Shown piece by piece: positions 37,732 through 51,071 of a DNA stretch of 64,000 nucleotides. The notes under the pieces are model-generated. The model had not been told where the DNA came from and did not search any database. It was given only the letters and a program-made list of their open reading frames with translations. Source of the DNA: Octopus sinensis (lineage: Eukaryota); NCBI RefSeq assembly GCF_006345805.1, contig NC_042997.1, positions 150,598,001-150,662,000 on the forward strand, in the 5' to 3' direction. The first letter of the stretch is position 1. Every line of letters begins with the position of its first letter. Both the position numbers and the translations under genes were made by a program.

Positions 37732-39054
37732 TATATATATATATATAATGTATGTATGTATACATGTTCATAAGTATCAGCTGATTAAATGCACTCTTCT
37801 GTTTCTTAACATAGAAACAACATCCGGAAGGAAGGTAATCTCTTTGACGTATTTCATTTGGCACGAAATATCCTAGAATTTGATTCACATCGGAAGAAGG
37901 AAACAATCTCGTTAGCTGCATCCTGTAATAATTGTTTCGTTTTCAACAAAACTTCTTTTTTTGATGGAGTTGGGACGTCTTCTTTTCCTTATTATGATCT
38001 CAATTTATTTGTGCGGGATTTATGTAATGAATTTCCGAACATCCTTTAATGTACAGTGCATAGTATTATTAAGTGTATTCTGAAGTTGCGGTATTCGTCT
38101 CAAGATGTATGCGTGCATAAGTTTAGATTATTTTAGGAATCAAATACATTTTTATTATTGCACCTTCATCTCTTCTTTTTTCCAGTATCCCGAATGTATA
38201 TCAAAGGCAAATGAATTCTATTGTACTGAGAATACAGTTGTATTCCTGAAAGCTGTCCTACATTCATTTTAATAATAATCGTCCGTATATAAAATGATAT
38301 TAATTACAAGATTGTATATTTTATTCTTGAAAATCTATAAATAAGCACGAATTCTATATAATTTATCCGTGTATGTGTACCTTGATGATCTATAAAATTC
38401 ACTTGGATAATTTACCATCGTAACTTGCGTGAAGTTATTAGAGCTACCGATTCGTGTGTTAACGCTTGTCATTCGAAGGTCTGGTCGCTTTTATGTCAGG
38501 ATAGACAGCAGCGATATATTTGTATACGAGAGTGTGTCTGTAGGCGCGTAGTAGTATCAGAAAATGGGCACCTACCGAAGTGCGAAGATAGCTATATGTG
38601 CTGGTCAGTGTGTGTGTGTGGGAAATTTGTTGGATATGTGCAATTTGTGAAAGTTATGAACGACATCCTTGTAAGTTATTGCACTACTGGAACATAAGTT
38701 CCACTCGCTATAATTGCATCGCTCCCTCATTCATTTACACCTCGTCAAATAAAAATATATATGCCTAAACACTGCATGGTGCTAATATTATTGTAATGTA
38801 TATGATTATATATATATATACATATTCATGTACATATCTATGTATTAAATATAGTTCTAGATATTTTCCCGAACACTTAGGGGTGAACCCAAATTCTCAT
38901 AGTAAACTTGTCCGTCATCACTGAAATCATTTAACATTAGGCGACTTCAAATACTGCATATTTAGTCTGAAAATATGTTTCTTTTACTACAGATAGACAC
39001 ACAAGTATAGACATACAGGTATAGAAATGTCTGCGTGTACACAAATATATATAT

Positions 39055-39435
39055 AAACTTAGATAAACTTAGATATGTTTCGACCAAAGATTGGTCCAGG
39101 CCATGTCTAACTTAATAGCACCACCTGATAGGATTATTCGAATCCTGTTTAAGTCAAGTTTTGTTTGAGTCAAGTTTTGTTCAAGTAGTGAGTTCTTGTT
39201 GGGTGAGTTGTATCCAGTTTTGTTCAAGTAGTGAGTTCTTGTTGGGTGAGTTGTATCCAATTATGGGTGGCTTATCTGGTATTTTTTTAAGGAATCTATC
39301 CAGACTCTGTTTAAAGTTGATGGGATCCTTTTCCTCTTTGATCTCCCTCGGGACAATGTTAAATAGGGCAGGGCCTGTTGAGGAAAAGAAATTATGTTGC
39401 AGTGTACATGTATGTTGTGATCTTGAATTGGGCAT
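39055..39435 (-). mobile_element. 3' end of a CR1/L2-like LINE with internal 43-bp tandem repeat and terminal stem-loop
   Basis: HNFFSSTGPALFNIVPREIK..FKQSLDRFLKKIPDKP..GYNSPNKNSLLE; repeat AGTTTTGTTCAAGTAGTGAGTTCTTGTTGGGTGAGTTGTATCC x2; hairpin GACCAA-TCT-TTGGTC; tail (CTAAGTTTAT)2. Confidence 0.75.
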
Positions 39436-39647
39436 ATAAGTTTATATATTAAATATACATTTAGATGCATATATATTTTTAAACGGTTGAATGCGAGTTC
39501 GGCCTTTAATTGGAGTAATATCCAAAGATTTCTAGCGTTGTTTCTTCATATTTTACTTTTGAATTTACTAATGTAAATTTATATAGATATGAAAACTTAT
39601 ATAGAAATATAAAGTATATGATTTATCTTATTAAACACTGTTTAACA

Positions 39648-39982
39648 AATTCATTCATATTTATGGAAACGGAGGAGATTAGATGTTAAAATGGATTGTA
39701 GTTTTATTACTCATGTTGCTATACAATTTGTTTCCTATAGAAAAACAGAGTATATGTCAGAAAGTACTCGTCGATAGCTTAGATAAAATCTAAAAAGACG
39801 TTAGAATTACATAGGTATGGTGTTAGTAATCACCTTGTAAAGTGTTCTTGATTCTGGAGTCATGTCCATCCTAAACAAGTCTTGTTTAGAATGGACATGA
39901 CAGAATGTATAGAAATATGAGTAATAAAAACTACAATCCATTTTAGCATGTAATCTCCGTTTACATAAATGTGAATGAACTT
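39648..39982. repeat. Imperfect inverted repeat (arms about 80 bp) with an internal hairpin at about 39860-39901
   Basis: AAAATGGATTGTAGTTTTATTACTCAT / ATGAGTAATAAAAACTACAATCCATTTT. Confidence 0.8.
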
Positions 39983-40025
39983 GTTGTATTGTGTTTAATA
40001 AGCTAAATCATATATTTAACATTTC

Positions 40026-40062
<37 letters not shown>

Positions 40063-41405
40063 GCACACACATATGCATATATGTTTATATATGCATGTAC
40101 TTACATATATATGTATATCTACATACATATGTGTCTGTCTCTGTTTACACACACACACACATATATATCTATATATGTACACACATATGTTCATATATAT
40201 GTATATAAATGTAACTACGTATGCATATATGTATATACGAATATATGACCATTTCTCAAAATCATCTTAAATGCATTTTGAAGAAAACCAACAATGCCGT
40301 ATACGTAATCAAAAAGAAATAAATGGATGTATCTTAAGATAAAATATATTTTTCTCTTTCCATATATACGACTTGAACTGACTGCTGAATAAATCAGTGT
40401 ACATTTTGGATATATCTGCATATGTGTACACTCTCAGACACAAACCACAAACATAAGTACATGTATATGAATGTGTCTCTGTGTATAATTGTTGCTCAAA
40501 CCATTCTTGAAAACAAGAATCCGTCTGAGTGAATAGAGTGCTTCATAATCTAGTTTAGCGTGATATATTATGTATATGAACTGAATCAAAAACACAGTGA
40601 AGGAATATATGTTAAATTAGATATTACATTCCATCGTATCTCACCTATATTTTTTTTCAATTCAGTTTCTGCTCGTATTATATAATATAATCAGATATTA
40701 TATGATACAAATATGTAGATCCCAAATGTGAGATGCCGCTCGATTTCTTTAAAACGTTTCAGCACTAGATGTATTTCTAAGGGCGAGTTTTGGGGTTCGC
40801 GTCTCAATTCAAATTTCGTACATCATAAAAATGAAATATTTTCAGCTGTTTGTAGCGATGTCCTCAATATTTTGAATAGCGTCCAATACACTTTCAACAC
40901 AACTCAAGTATATACTTCCATCTACACTTCATTTAAATGGTGTTTCCCACATTTAATTATGCGGTTCCACGTCCGGTACAAAGTACTTCTAAAGCAAGAC
41001 CCATTGTTTTAAGAAATATGCACCGGATTCATCGCTTTATCTACAGATACATATGTTGTTTATGGGTTTTTCAAGTACATAATTCGAAATTTAACCACAG
41101 ATTATGATAAAAAACTAAAATTAAGCATATCTTGATTATTTCGTATTATTTGATTTCTTTCATACACATACAGATTAGAGTGCGAGAATGTATATTAATC
41201 AATAGAATGATATATAGATTGTGAGACATGTGTGTATTTGTGTAATGTGATATATAAAAGTGTGTGTGAAAATGAATCACCACAATATTTATGCATGTGT
41301 GCTCAAATGATGGCAACTTCTCTCTAGTAAGTCAGATTCATTTTAGCCCACTGTTCTTGAATCACCAGAGAAATTTATCACTTTAACCCCCAACTTCCTG
41401 TAAGA

Positions 41406-41430
41406 ATATGTAATTTGCCACGGAAACTCA

Positions 41431-41478
<48 letters not shown>

Positions 41479-41503
41479 TGAGTTTCCGTGGCAAATTACA
41501 TAT
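41406..41503. repeat. Perfect 33-bp inverted repeat around (TA)n
   Basis: ATATGTAATTTGCCACGGAAACTCATATATGTA and its reverse complement. Confidence 0.9.
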
Positions 41504-41557
41504 ATATATATATATATATATGTTTGCGTGTGTGTGTGTGTGCATGTGTGTGTGTGC

Positions 41558-41593
<36 letters not shown>

Positions 41594-41595
<2 letters not shown>

Positions 41596-41857
41596 CTAAA
41601 AATAAGGCTGTCTGAGAGACACCACCATGCCGAAATAGCAGTCAAATTCCCGACTCTAAAAGCCACCTTGAAATGTTCATATCGCACCATGAGATAAGAC
41701 AGAGGGAATTATTCAGTAATATTTTTTTTGCTAGTCTATTTTGTCCCTCTGTCTTATCTCATGGTGCGATATGAACATTTTAAGATGGCTTTTAGAGTCA
41801 GGGATTTGACTGCTATTTCGGCATGGTAGTGTCTCTCAGACACCCTTATTTTTAGTT
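41594..41857. repeat. Fold-back element, arms about 113 bp
   Basis: AACTAAAAATAAGG...GATAAGACAGAGGGA versus TCCCTCTGTCTTATC...CCTTATTTTTAGTT; shares GAAATAGCAGTCAAA with 51898-52085. Confidence 0.9.
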
Positions 41858-41967
41858 GTAAAAAATTATTACCTTTGTATGGTATTTATTCCCATGCTGG
41901 CCACTTGATAAAATCGATATTTAAATATCAGTATTATCCTTATTTATAAATGTATATATATATAAAT

Positions 41968-42115
41968 AGGCGTAGGAGTGGCTGTGTGGTAAGTAGCTTG
42001 TCTACCAACCACATGATTCCGGGTTCAGTCCCACTGCGTGGCACCTACTATAGCCTCGAGCCGACCAAAGCCTCGTGAGTGGATTTGGTAGACGAAAACT
42101 GAAAGAAGCCCATCG

Positions 42116-42118
<3 letters not shown>
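41968..42118 (+). mobile_element. SINE family B 5' half with an uninterrupted LINE target site (other pieces at about 43050-43250, 43369-43530 and 62364-62490)
   Basis: AGGCGTAGGAGTGGCTGTGTGGTAAGTAGCTTGTCTACCAACC. Confidence 0.85.
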
Positions 42119-42147
<29 letters not shown>

Positions 42148-42222
42148 ATCCAAACAAGAAAACACAGAAAAAAAGAGAAAAAAAGAGAAAAAAACACAGC
42201 AACGCAGGACGTGGGAAGGAGG

Positions 42223-42257
42223 GTTTAACGTTTCGAGCGGAGCTCTTCGTCGGAAAC
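42223..42257 (-). ncRNA. Hammerhead with a U4C core change (family 3 pLTR relic)
   Basis: GTTT-CCGACGA-A-GAGC-tcc-GCTC-GAA-ACGT-T-AAAC; flanks match the copy at 53485. Confidence 0.55.
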
Positions 42258-42402
42258 AAGGAGAAGGAAAGATCCCAAGGAGGGAAGACAGAGGAGACAA
42301 TATTTGAGCTGGTGGTGCTTAAGGGATCACATATATATATATATATTTAGTGAAGGGAAGAAATGGAGCCGAACGAAGATTCTACAAAATTCCTTTTTAT
42401 TA

Positions 42403-42486
42403 TTTTCTACACATGTTTCAAAGGCTGCAAATTCCCAAATACGGATTGAATAAGGAGACCATTCTGCAGCTTTCTCTTCAGGAAAA
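42403..42486 (-). ncRNA. Type I hammerhead with extended stem II
   Basis: Reverse complement of 42733-42816. Confidence 0.8.
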
Positions 42487-42732
42487 TCCAGGAATTTAAA
42501 ATCTCAAAACAAATGCGCAGCAAGCTTTTCGAACAAAACGCTCCCTAGGAGCCCATGGTAAAAATGGCAAAAAACTAGGTTTATTCCAACGGATTTTTTC
42601 GTCGGCATTCACCCACTCTGACGTCAGCGCATATTGAGAGACAGTTTTGTGCCATTTTTACCATGGGCTCCTAGGGAGCATTTTGTTCGAAAAGCTTGCT
42701 GCGCATTTGTTTTGAGATTTTAAATTCCTGGA

Positions 42733-42816
42733 TTTTCCTGAAGAGAAAGCTGCAGAATGGTCTCCTTATTCATTCCGAATTTGGGAATTTGCAGCCTTTG
42801 AAACATGTGTAGAAAA
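42733..42816 (+). ncRNA. Type I hammerhead with extended stem II
   Basis: TTTTC-CTGAAGA-GAAAGCTGCA(35-nt loop)TGCAGCCTTT-GAA-ACATGTGT-A-GAAAA. Confidence 0.8.
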
Positions 42817-43281
42817 TAATAAAAAGGAATTTTGTAGAATCTTCGTTCGGCTCCATTTCTTCCCTTCACTAAATATATATATATATATGTGATCCCTTAA
42901 GCACCACCAGCTCAAATATTGTCTCCTCTGTCTAAGGGTACACGTGTGTGTGGAGTGCTCAGCCACTTACACGTTAATTTCACGAGCAGGCTGTTCCGTT
43001 GATTCGGATCAACCGGAACCCTCGTCGTCGTAACCGGCGGAGTGCTTCCATGTATATATGTGTATGTGTGTGTATATATTTGTGTGTCTGCGTTTGTCCC
43101 CCCAACATCGCTTGTTAACCGATGCTGGTGAGTTTACATTCCCGTAACTTAGCGGTTCAGCAAAAGAGACCGATAGAATAAGTACTAGTCGATTTGCTCG
43201 ACTAAAGGCGGTGCTCCAGCATGGCCATAGTCACATGACTGAAACAACTAAAAAAAAGTATAAAAAGTATGTATATATATA

Positions 43282-43325
<44 letters not shown>

Positions 43326-43697
43326 TATATACATATGTACATATATATACATATGTACATATGTATATAGGCGTAGGATTGGCAAGTATCTTGCTTACCA
43401 ACCACATGGTTCCGGGTTCAGTCCCACTGCGTGCCACTTTGAGCAAGTGTCTTCTCTAATAGCCTCCTGCCGACCAAAGCCTTGTGAGTGGATTTGGTAG
43501 ATAGAAACGGAAAAGAAGCCCGTCGTATATATGTTTATATATATATACATATATACGATGGGCTTCTATATATAATATGTTATATTTTGAAGTGATATTT
43601 CTTCAAAAAATGTATTATAAAACGTCAAGTATTATTAATAAGTTTGAAGATGGAGAGATTCAATGGATATAAATTAATTTATTAATTAATTAACAAA

Positions 43698-43799
43698 GCC
43701 TACAATTGTTTCACTTCCCACCTAATTTAAATAAAAAAACATGTATAATAATAAGATAAGTTTACATTCTAAGTAATCTGAGTTGAAGATCTTCAGGGC
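43698..43799 (-). ncRNA. Probable type I hammerhead with long loop II (family 5); the 3' half is repeated on the + strand at 43986-44008
   Basis: Minus: GCC-CTGAAGA-t-CTTC(about 70 nt)GAAG-t-GAA-ACAATTGT-A-GGC. Confidence 0.55.
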
Positions 43800-43920
43800 A
43801 AAATGGACATTGCAGAGCCTACATTTTGATCAGTTGAAATATTGGAACACACTGAAAATGAAAACTTATATCATCATCATCATCATCATCATCAACATCA
43901 CCATCACCATCACCATCACC

Positions 43921-43967
<47 letters not shown>

Positions 43968-44014
43968 TATTATTATATGTTTTGTAAGTGAAACAATTGT
44001 AGGCAAAGTTAATG

Positions 44015-44075
<61 letters not shown>

Positions 44076-44844
44076 GCACAAATGGGTTATAGCTGTTCCA
44101 AAAGCATTGTTTAATCGATTACATCACGAGAAACAAATGGTTTTCTTCAGGTTTGATGAAAATATAACATGTTGACTATGGATTGACACACTTATTTCGG
44201 CAACAACGGAGAAAGAGAAAACATCAAGATTTAACTAGATTTATTATGTCTATGGGTCACAAACAATCAACAGACAATGCCACAGCAAATTATTTATCCA
44301 AGTAGATGTCCAGAATATGAGAAAGACAGAGAAATAAATATGAAGAAGTGAAGAGATGCTATATTAAATGTTACCCGTTAGTATAGTGAAGACAAATGTC
44401 GAAGACTTGAAACAATAATTGCTGCTAAACCATAAACCATCAAACAGGATTATGCTGGCATGTATGTATGAAAGTAGTAAATACACGGATTTGCGGATCT
44501 CGATTATCGGCTAGTGTCCATAATAGTGAAACACCTTTGTTCAAATGATTCCTACAAATAATGAATATATATATATATATACATATTTGAGTATGTATAT
44601 ATATAACGAAACTGGTATAGTAAAAATTTATTTCCTTTTATTTTGCAAAGTCATACGGCATAATTTTTGAGGTTACGATGACCAACAAGTTATTCCACGG
44701 TACAGCATATGAGCAGTTGCAAATGCAACTTGACATAATTTTCTGTGAAGCTTCGTTCAAGGTATTCCATCTATCTTGGCTCATTAGCTGTAATCTGGAA
44801 CATAGTTGAGAGCTACCACAGTGTCCGCAGGGATATATCACTCT

Positions 44845-44902
<58 letters not shown>

Positions 44903-44988
44903 TCTTTCTCACACTCATACATACATACACACACAACACAGACAAACACACGAACACACACATATACACACATAGACGCATACGTACT

Positions 44989-45034
<46 letters not shown>

Positions 45035-45059
45035 CATACATATATATAAATGTATATAT

Positions 45060-45100
<41 letters not shown>

Positions 45101-45105
<5 letters not shown>

Positions 45106-45152
45106 ACATGGCCTGGACCAATCTTTGGTCGAAACATATCTAAGTTTATCTA
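45101..45152 (+). mobile_element. Extreme 5'-truncated copy (about 50 bp) of the CR1/L2-like LINE 3' tail, inserted in (TA)n
   Basis: Matches the reverse complement of about 39062-39113 (GTTAGACATGGCCTGGACCAATCTTTGGTCGAAACATATCTAAGTTTATCTA). Confidence 0.85.
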
Positions 45153-45154
45153 CG

Positions 45155-45202
<48 letters not shown>

Positions 45203-46132
45203 TATATATTATATATATATATATTATATTATATATATATATATATATATACACATATATATATATGTGTATACCAATATATACATATATATATACAAAC
45301 ATATGCATACATATATATACTTATATATACACACATATGTGTAATATACATATAGATATAAATCGAGAGAAGGAGAGAGAGAGAAACATCGAGATTGAGA
45401 GAGATGCGGAGAGAATGGGAGATCACGAACCAATTCTTCACATACTAGCGAACATCCGCATTTGAATTAACGTAATCTTTGACGTATCTTAAATGATTTA
45501 ATATTGTGCGCATTGTTTTTTTTTGGGGGGGTTTTTTTCGAATATAAAGATTGTACATCAGTCGGGAAATGCTTGCATGACTGTGTGGTATTCAACAGTA
45601 CCGCAGTTTATATTTCCGCCTCCATTTAAATTGGCTAGCTCTTTTCACACAGCCTGTTGCCTATCCAACGCCAACACATATCACATCAAATTGAGAGGCT
45701 ATAAATTTAATTAATATGTATGTAGGCTAATGTGTATAACTTTTTTTTATGTGTTAGATTGGCCCCTTGCTATTTGAATAATGTGTATGAATTGTAATTT
45801 ATATGCAAAATATTAATATACTCAAACATTAAATGAGTTTAATTTTGTTTTTCACGCAACTACGATGATTTCGTATATGCAGTATAATTGGAAATTATTT
45901 TGTTACACACAATGGCACAAATGTGCTAACATTGCATAGCGGTATACACACATGCGTGCATATACACATGTATGCATGTATGTACGTACATAATTATATA
46001 CACATACACAGGTCTATTATACATATGTGCATGATATATGCATGCATATTTATACACTATTATACATACAACTGTATGTGTGTGTATATGTGATGTATCT
46101 GTGCATGTATGTAGGTATGTAAGTATCTTCTG

Positions 46133-46177
<45 letters not shown>

Positions 46178-46996
46178 TATGTATATATATATATATGTAT
46201 ATGTGTGTGAGTATGTGTGTATGCGTGTGTGTGTGTTTGTGTGTGTGTGTGGTGACAGAGAGAGAATACCAAGAGCTGAAATTTTGATGTTCATTTCCAA
46301 TAACCATTTCAAAGATATATTTTATGCTTCTTAAATGATGGTTCTCAGGTCCTAGTGTGGTATCGGTTCTTTCAGGATCATATCTCCACGTCCAGTTGTC
46401 ACAGTGGAATTGAACCTGCTCCAATATTTTCGCAACATCTACGGCGGTACTGATTGTGTATGATGTATTAGGTACAGGAGTTAATGACTGCGCGTGCGTG
46501 TGTGTGAGAGTAAATATGTGTACGTGTGAATTGTCTGTGTATGCGTACGTGGGTGCGTGCGTATGTGTATATGTGTGAGTGTGTCTGTTTAACCAGCAGA
46601 ACTTCTACATAACCGGGATTGGGGTTACTCAGAGTTTCGGTGCATGACCTTAAAAAATAATAGAATGCGTTCGATTGGTCCGACTAATATCACTGTCTTA
46701 TGGCTTTAAGGAGTAAAAAATACAAGAAATGTATATATATATATATAATATACTAAATTTATTTGGAAATTGTGGGAGCAGTCGTCTTCGAGAGCTCATG
46801 TCGTACAATGCTCGAAATGAGGAGTAAATAGACTGCCGACAACCGATGAAGGCTCGTTCTTTGTGTTACTTGTTTTCAAATTATTTTCTCTCGTTTTTTG
46901 CGTATCTAATGCGCTTGGTTTCGTAATGCATGTTGTTTACAGATGGTGACGTCCTGTACCCATATCATATATACATATATATGCATATATATATGC

Positions 46997-47059
<63 letters not shown>

Positions 47060-47597
47060 TGTATATATGTGTATATATATATATATTTATATGTATATAT
47101 ATGTATATATATATATACATATATATATACATACGCATACACACAAATGCGCGCACATACATGTATATATGTATACATATGTGTGTGTACATATCTATCT
47201 ATCTATCTATCTACCTATCTATCTACACATATATATATATATATATATATAATATATATATATATATTATATATATATATACGTGTGTGTATATGTTTGT
47301 GTGTGTCTTTGAGTGTGTGTTTGTGTTTGTGTGTATGTGTGTGTACGTCTTGGTTTGAAATCGTGTTATCCATGATATTGTATTATAAATACACTTTCCT
47401 TGCAGCATCTTACATAATGAAGAAATTTTCTTGTGTGAAAATCACTTTTCCTATGTATACACATAAATGTAGATTTATATGCGTATTTATATGTGTAAGC
47501 GTCTGTTTTCATACCATTATCTACACTGTACGAATTGAAAATTTATATATACATATGCACGTATGCATGTGTGTATGTATGTATGTATGTATGTATG

Positions 47598-47631
<34 letters not shown>

Positions 47632-47929
47632 TGTATGTATGCCTGTATGTTTGAATGTATCACATTAAATGTGTCTGTAGGTGTGATGATCTATGTGTGT
47701 ACTAACACTAAATGGAAACTTGTTCGTGTATATAATTTATAAGTTCATACACAATTACACACACCCCACTGCTTATACATACACATACTAATACAAACAC
47801 ACATACATCCACATATATATACACTACATGTCTGCATGTAAACATATGTATATGTATATATATAGTCATACACGCACATGCAACATATATCCACACGTGT
47901 TTATGTGTGCTTGCGTGTGTATGTGTGTC

Positions 47930-47970
<41 letters not shown>

Positions 47971-48190
47971 CTGTGTGCGTGTGTACGAGTGAGTGTTAGT
48001 ATGCCTTTCCGATGGGGAATTTTTCAGTATTTCGCATCAATTTCGGTAAGAATTTTTGTATACTGCAAAGTTGAAATAATTGAATATTTAGTCAACTTTA
48101 ACACTAATACATTTATTCTTGTAGAACCATTGTTTTCTCTATATTTCATGTCATAATATAAATTGCATACATGCTGTGCATATATATATA

Positions 48191-48234
<44 letters not shown>

Positions 48235-48942
48235 AATTTTTATCTGAATATGTTTATTTATTAGTATATATATATATATATAACACGTACATGAACACTT
48301 AAGTCCCGTTTTAAAACAATTCAGTTAAAACATTCTGAAATTAATAGAACAAATGATAATAATAATAATACTTACTACTGTAACTTCCTGGTTTGTCTTT
48401 AGGTCACAACATATACTATAATATGTAAATACCATTATATTGGTAATGTTCAAAATATCAGTTGTCGCGACAGAGAAGTTTATTCAAAAATCAAGGATGA
48501 ACATGCTATACAACACGCGAATTTCAAATTAATAGAAATATATAGTAAAAGAAAAAAAACAGACCACTATAATTTACCCAATGTATAGATTAAATTGTAG
48601 AAGCAAGTAAATCTTTTAAGTATTTATACCCACATATATTTCGGACATATCTATCACCCGACATCACTTCTCATATATAAGTATGTATGTGTGTATACAG
48701 GAGTTTGTGTTCATGTGTGTGTGTATGTGTGTGTGTGTTGGACATACAGATAAGCACAGTTTTTCTTGCAACGCGCAATTTACCACCATAGTGATACAGT
48801 TAATTGCTTTGTTATACGATGAGCTCAAATAGATAGTGTGTGTTTCATTTCCAAAAGATAACCATTCCAATGTTTAAGAATATATACATACATAAACAGA
48901 GAGTGGGAGATAGATAGATAGATAGATAGATAGATACATGGG

Positions 48943-48994
<52 letters not shown>

Positions 48995-49076
48995 CAGATA
49001 GATAGATATATAGATAGATATATAGATAGATGGATAGATAGATACATGGATAGATAGATAGATACATAGATACATG

Positions 49077-49131
<55 letters not shown>

Positions 49132-49143
49132 GGATATATATAT

Positions 49144-49179
<36 letters not shown>

Positions 49180-49818
49180 TCATATATTTATTACATATAT
49201 ATATATATATATATGTTACATGTATACATATATATCTTCTACTTGTTTCAGCTGTCTCACTGTGGTCATGCTAGGCCACCGCCTTGAAGAAAAATGTAGG
49301 GTTGGTCCCTTGCGTACGACAAACCCTACAATTTTCTTCCAGCCGGTGCTCCAGTATGTCCGAAGCCAAGACACTGAAATAAGTAACACACACATATATA
49401 AGGAGAGGGAGAAAGAGAGAGAGAGAAAGAGATAGAGAGAGAGAGATTATTGTTTGAATTCTTGTCTAACGACCTCTCAGGCGGAAGCAGTGGCACGAAA
49501 TACCATTCACGAGACAGAAGTTCTGTTTCCATAATAAACCAAATATATACATGGACTGAGCACACCCCTTTCATTCTCTCGACCCTAATAAACGTTGGTT
49601 TGTGCTTAGACGTTTTGATACCAAGTTACATGGTTACGCATACCACCTACGTTATAATTAATGGAATACCTATCCAGCACTTACACCATTGTTATTAATT
49701 GAACACCACTAGGACGACTCTCCTTACCTTTATGGAATTAGATCCCGGATAATAATATATATTATTAATTTAACTTTACAGAGACCTACACCGATATATA
49801 TATATATATATATATACA

Positions 49819-50904
49819 TACTGGAAAAGATACCTCGATGACTGTTTCATCATCTGGGACAAAGGCATAGAGAAACTTGAGGAATTTAAAATTCTATTAA
49901 ATGGAATAAATGACAATATACAATTCACGATGGACCACAACGAAAAAGAATTACCATTTTTAGACATCCTCATTAAGAAAACCGGCAACAGAATAGAGAC
50001 AGATATCTACTATAAACCGACAGACTCTAAACAGTACCTACCCTTTGATTCATGCCACCCACGACACACTAGAATGAATGTCCCTTTTTGTTTAGCTAGA
50101 AGGATTTGCACCATAATATCAGACACAAACACCCGACACACACGTCTCCAGGAACTTAGAACCACACTCACAAATAGAAACTATCCACAACCCCTAATAG
50201 ACAGTGCAATCCAACGGGTACTTAAATTAAGTATAGAAGACCTGAGACAAACAAAACCAAAAAAGAAAGAACAATTAAAAACCCTTCCCTACATCTCTAC
50301 ACACAACCCACTCAACAATGAGGCCTTCAACACCATACTACAAAGCACAGCCCTACTAAAGGGAGACCCAAAGATGAACCGGATCCTCGAAACACACACC
50401 ATCATTAAAAGTAAACGGCAACCAAAATCCTTGAAAAGGATTTTAACCCAAGCTACACTGCACTCAACATCAACCACAAAACCAGCAGTTAGAAAATGTG
50501 GAAGGCCCAACTGCGGAATCTGTGTCATCTTGAAAGAAGGATCAGAATTTATACTGGAACAAGGCCACCAGTTCACCATTAGAACAAACTTCACCTGCGC
50601 ATCAGAAAACTTAATTTACGTCATAAAATGCGCAGGCTGCAATACGCAGTATATAGGCCATACAAAAAATAGCTTACGTAACAGGATGGCGGTGCATAAA
50701 TCACAAATTAGAAACCCTGATTACCGCAAAATACCGGTCAGCGGACACATAGATAGATGTGCTGGAAATGTAAATCCGAAATTTACAACTAACCCGCTCT
50801 ATAAATTCAGTGACAACGCAACCTTCACACAACGCCAAAATAAAGAACTATATTTCATAAAAAAATTTAGACCAAGTTTAAACACCCTGGGCCAGGAATA
50901 CTAA
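49819..50904 (+). CDS. PLE polyprotein C-terminal part: RT palm/thumb plus GIY-YIG endonuclease (5' incomplete)
   Basis: In frame upstream of the track ORF: YWKRYLDDCFIIW; then LPFLD..YYKPTD..YL.F.SCHP; Cys linker CGRPNCGIC; NLIYVIKCAGCNTQYIGHT; no stops over about 360 codons. Confidence 0.93.
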   Translation, partial: YWKRYLDDCFIIWDKGIEKLEEFKILLNGINDNIQFTMDHNEKELPFLDILIKKTGNRIETDIYYKPTDSKQYLPFDSCHPRHTRMNVPFCLARRICTIISDTNTRHTRLQELRTTLTNRNYPQPLIDSAIQRVLKLSIEDLRQTKPKKKEQLKTLPYISTHNPLNNEAFNTILQSTALLKGDPKMNRILETHTIIKSKRQPKSLKRILTQATLHSTSTTKPAVRKCGRPNCGICVILKEGSEFILEQGHQFTIRTNFTCASENLIYVIKCAGCNTQYIGHTKNSLRNRMAVHKSQIRNPDYRKIPVSGHIDRCAGNVNPKFTTNPLYKFSDNATFTQRQNKELYFIKKFRPSLNTLGQEY

Positions 50905-51071
50905 CACAAAAGATAAGTCCTCCGAAAAGGAGAAACAAAATTCCACCACGGCTGCTACTTCAAACAGACACTCACTCTGACGGAAATATGCCTTAGTAAA
51001 AAAGGAAAAAAATTCTTTCGTGCAAATCTGACCCTGATACATACGATACAGCTAAGGGTCAGACCCGATTC

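Larger units (their letters stand above)
42286..42933. mobile_element. Large fold-back PLE pseudo-LTR fragment (family 4), arms about 290 bp, 64-bp spacer containing TGACGTCA
   Basis: Near-perfect inverted repeat; CRE palindrome at 42619-42626. Confidence 0.9.

Noticed and set aside
39070-39115. Hairpin followed by GAAAC resembling a hammerhead (also 45101-45145)
   Set aside because: No CUGANGA core upstream; better explained as a LINE 3' stem-loop.
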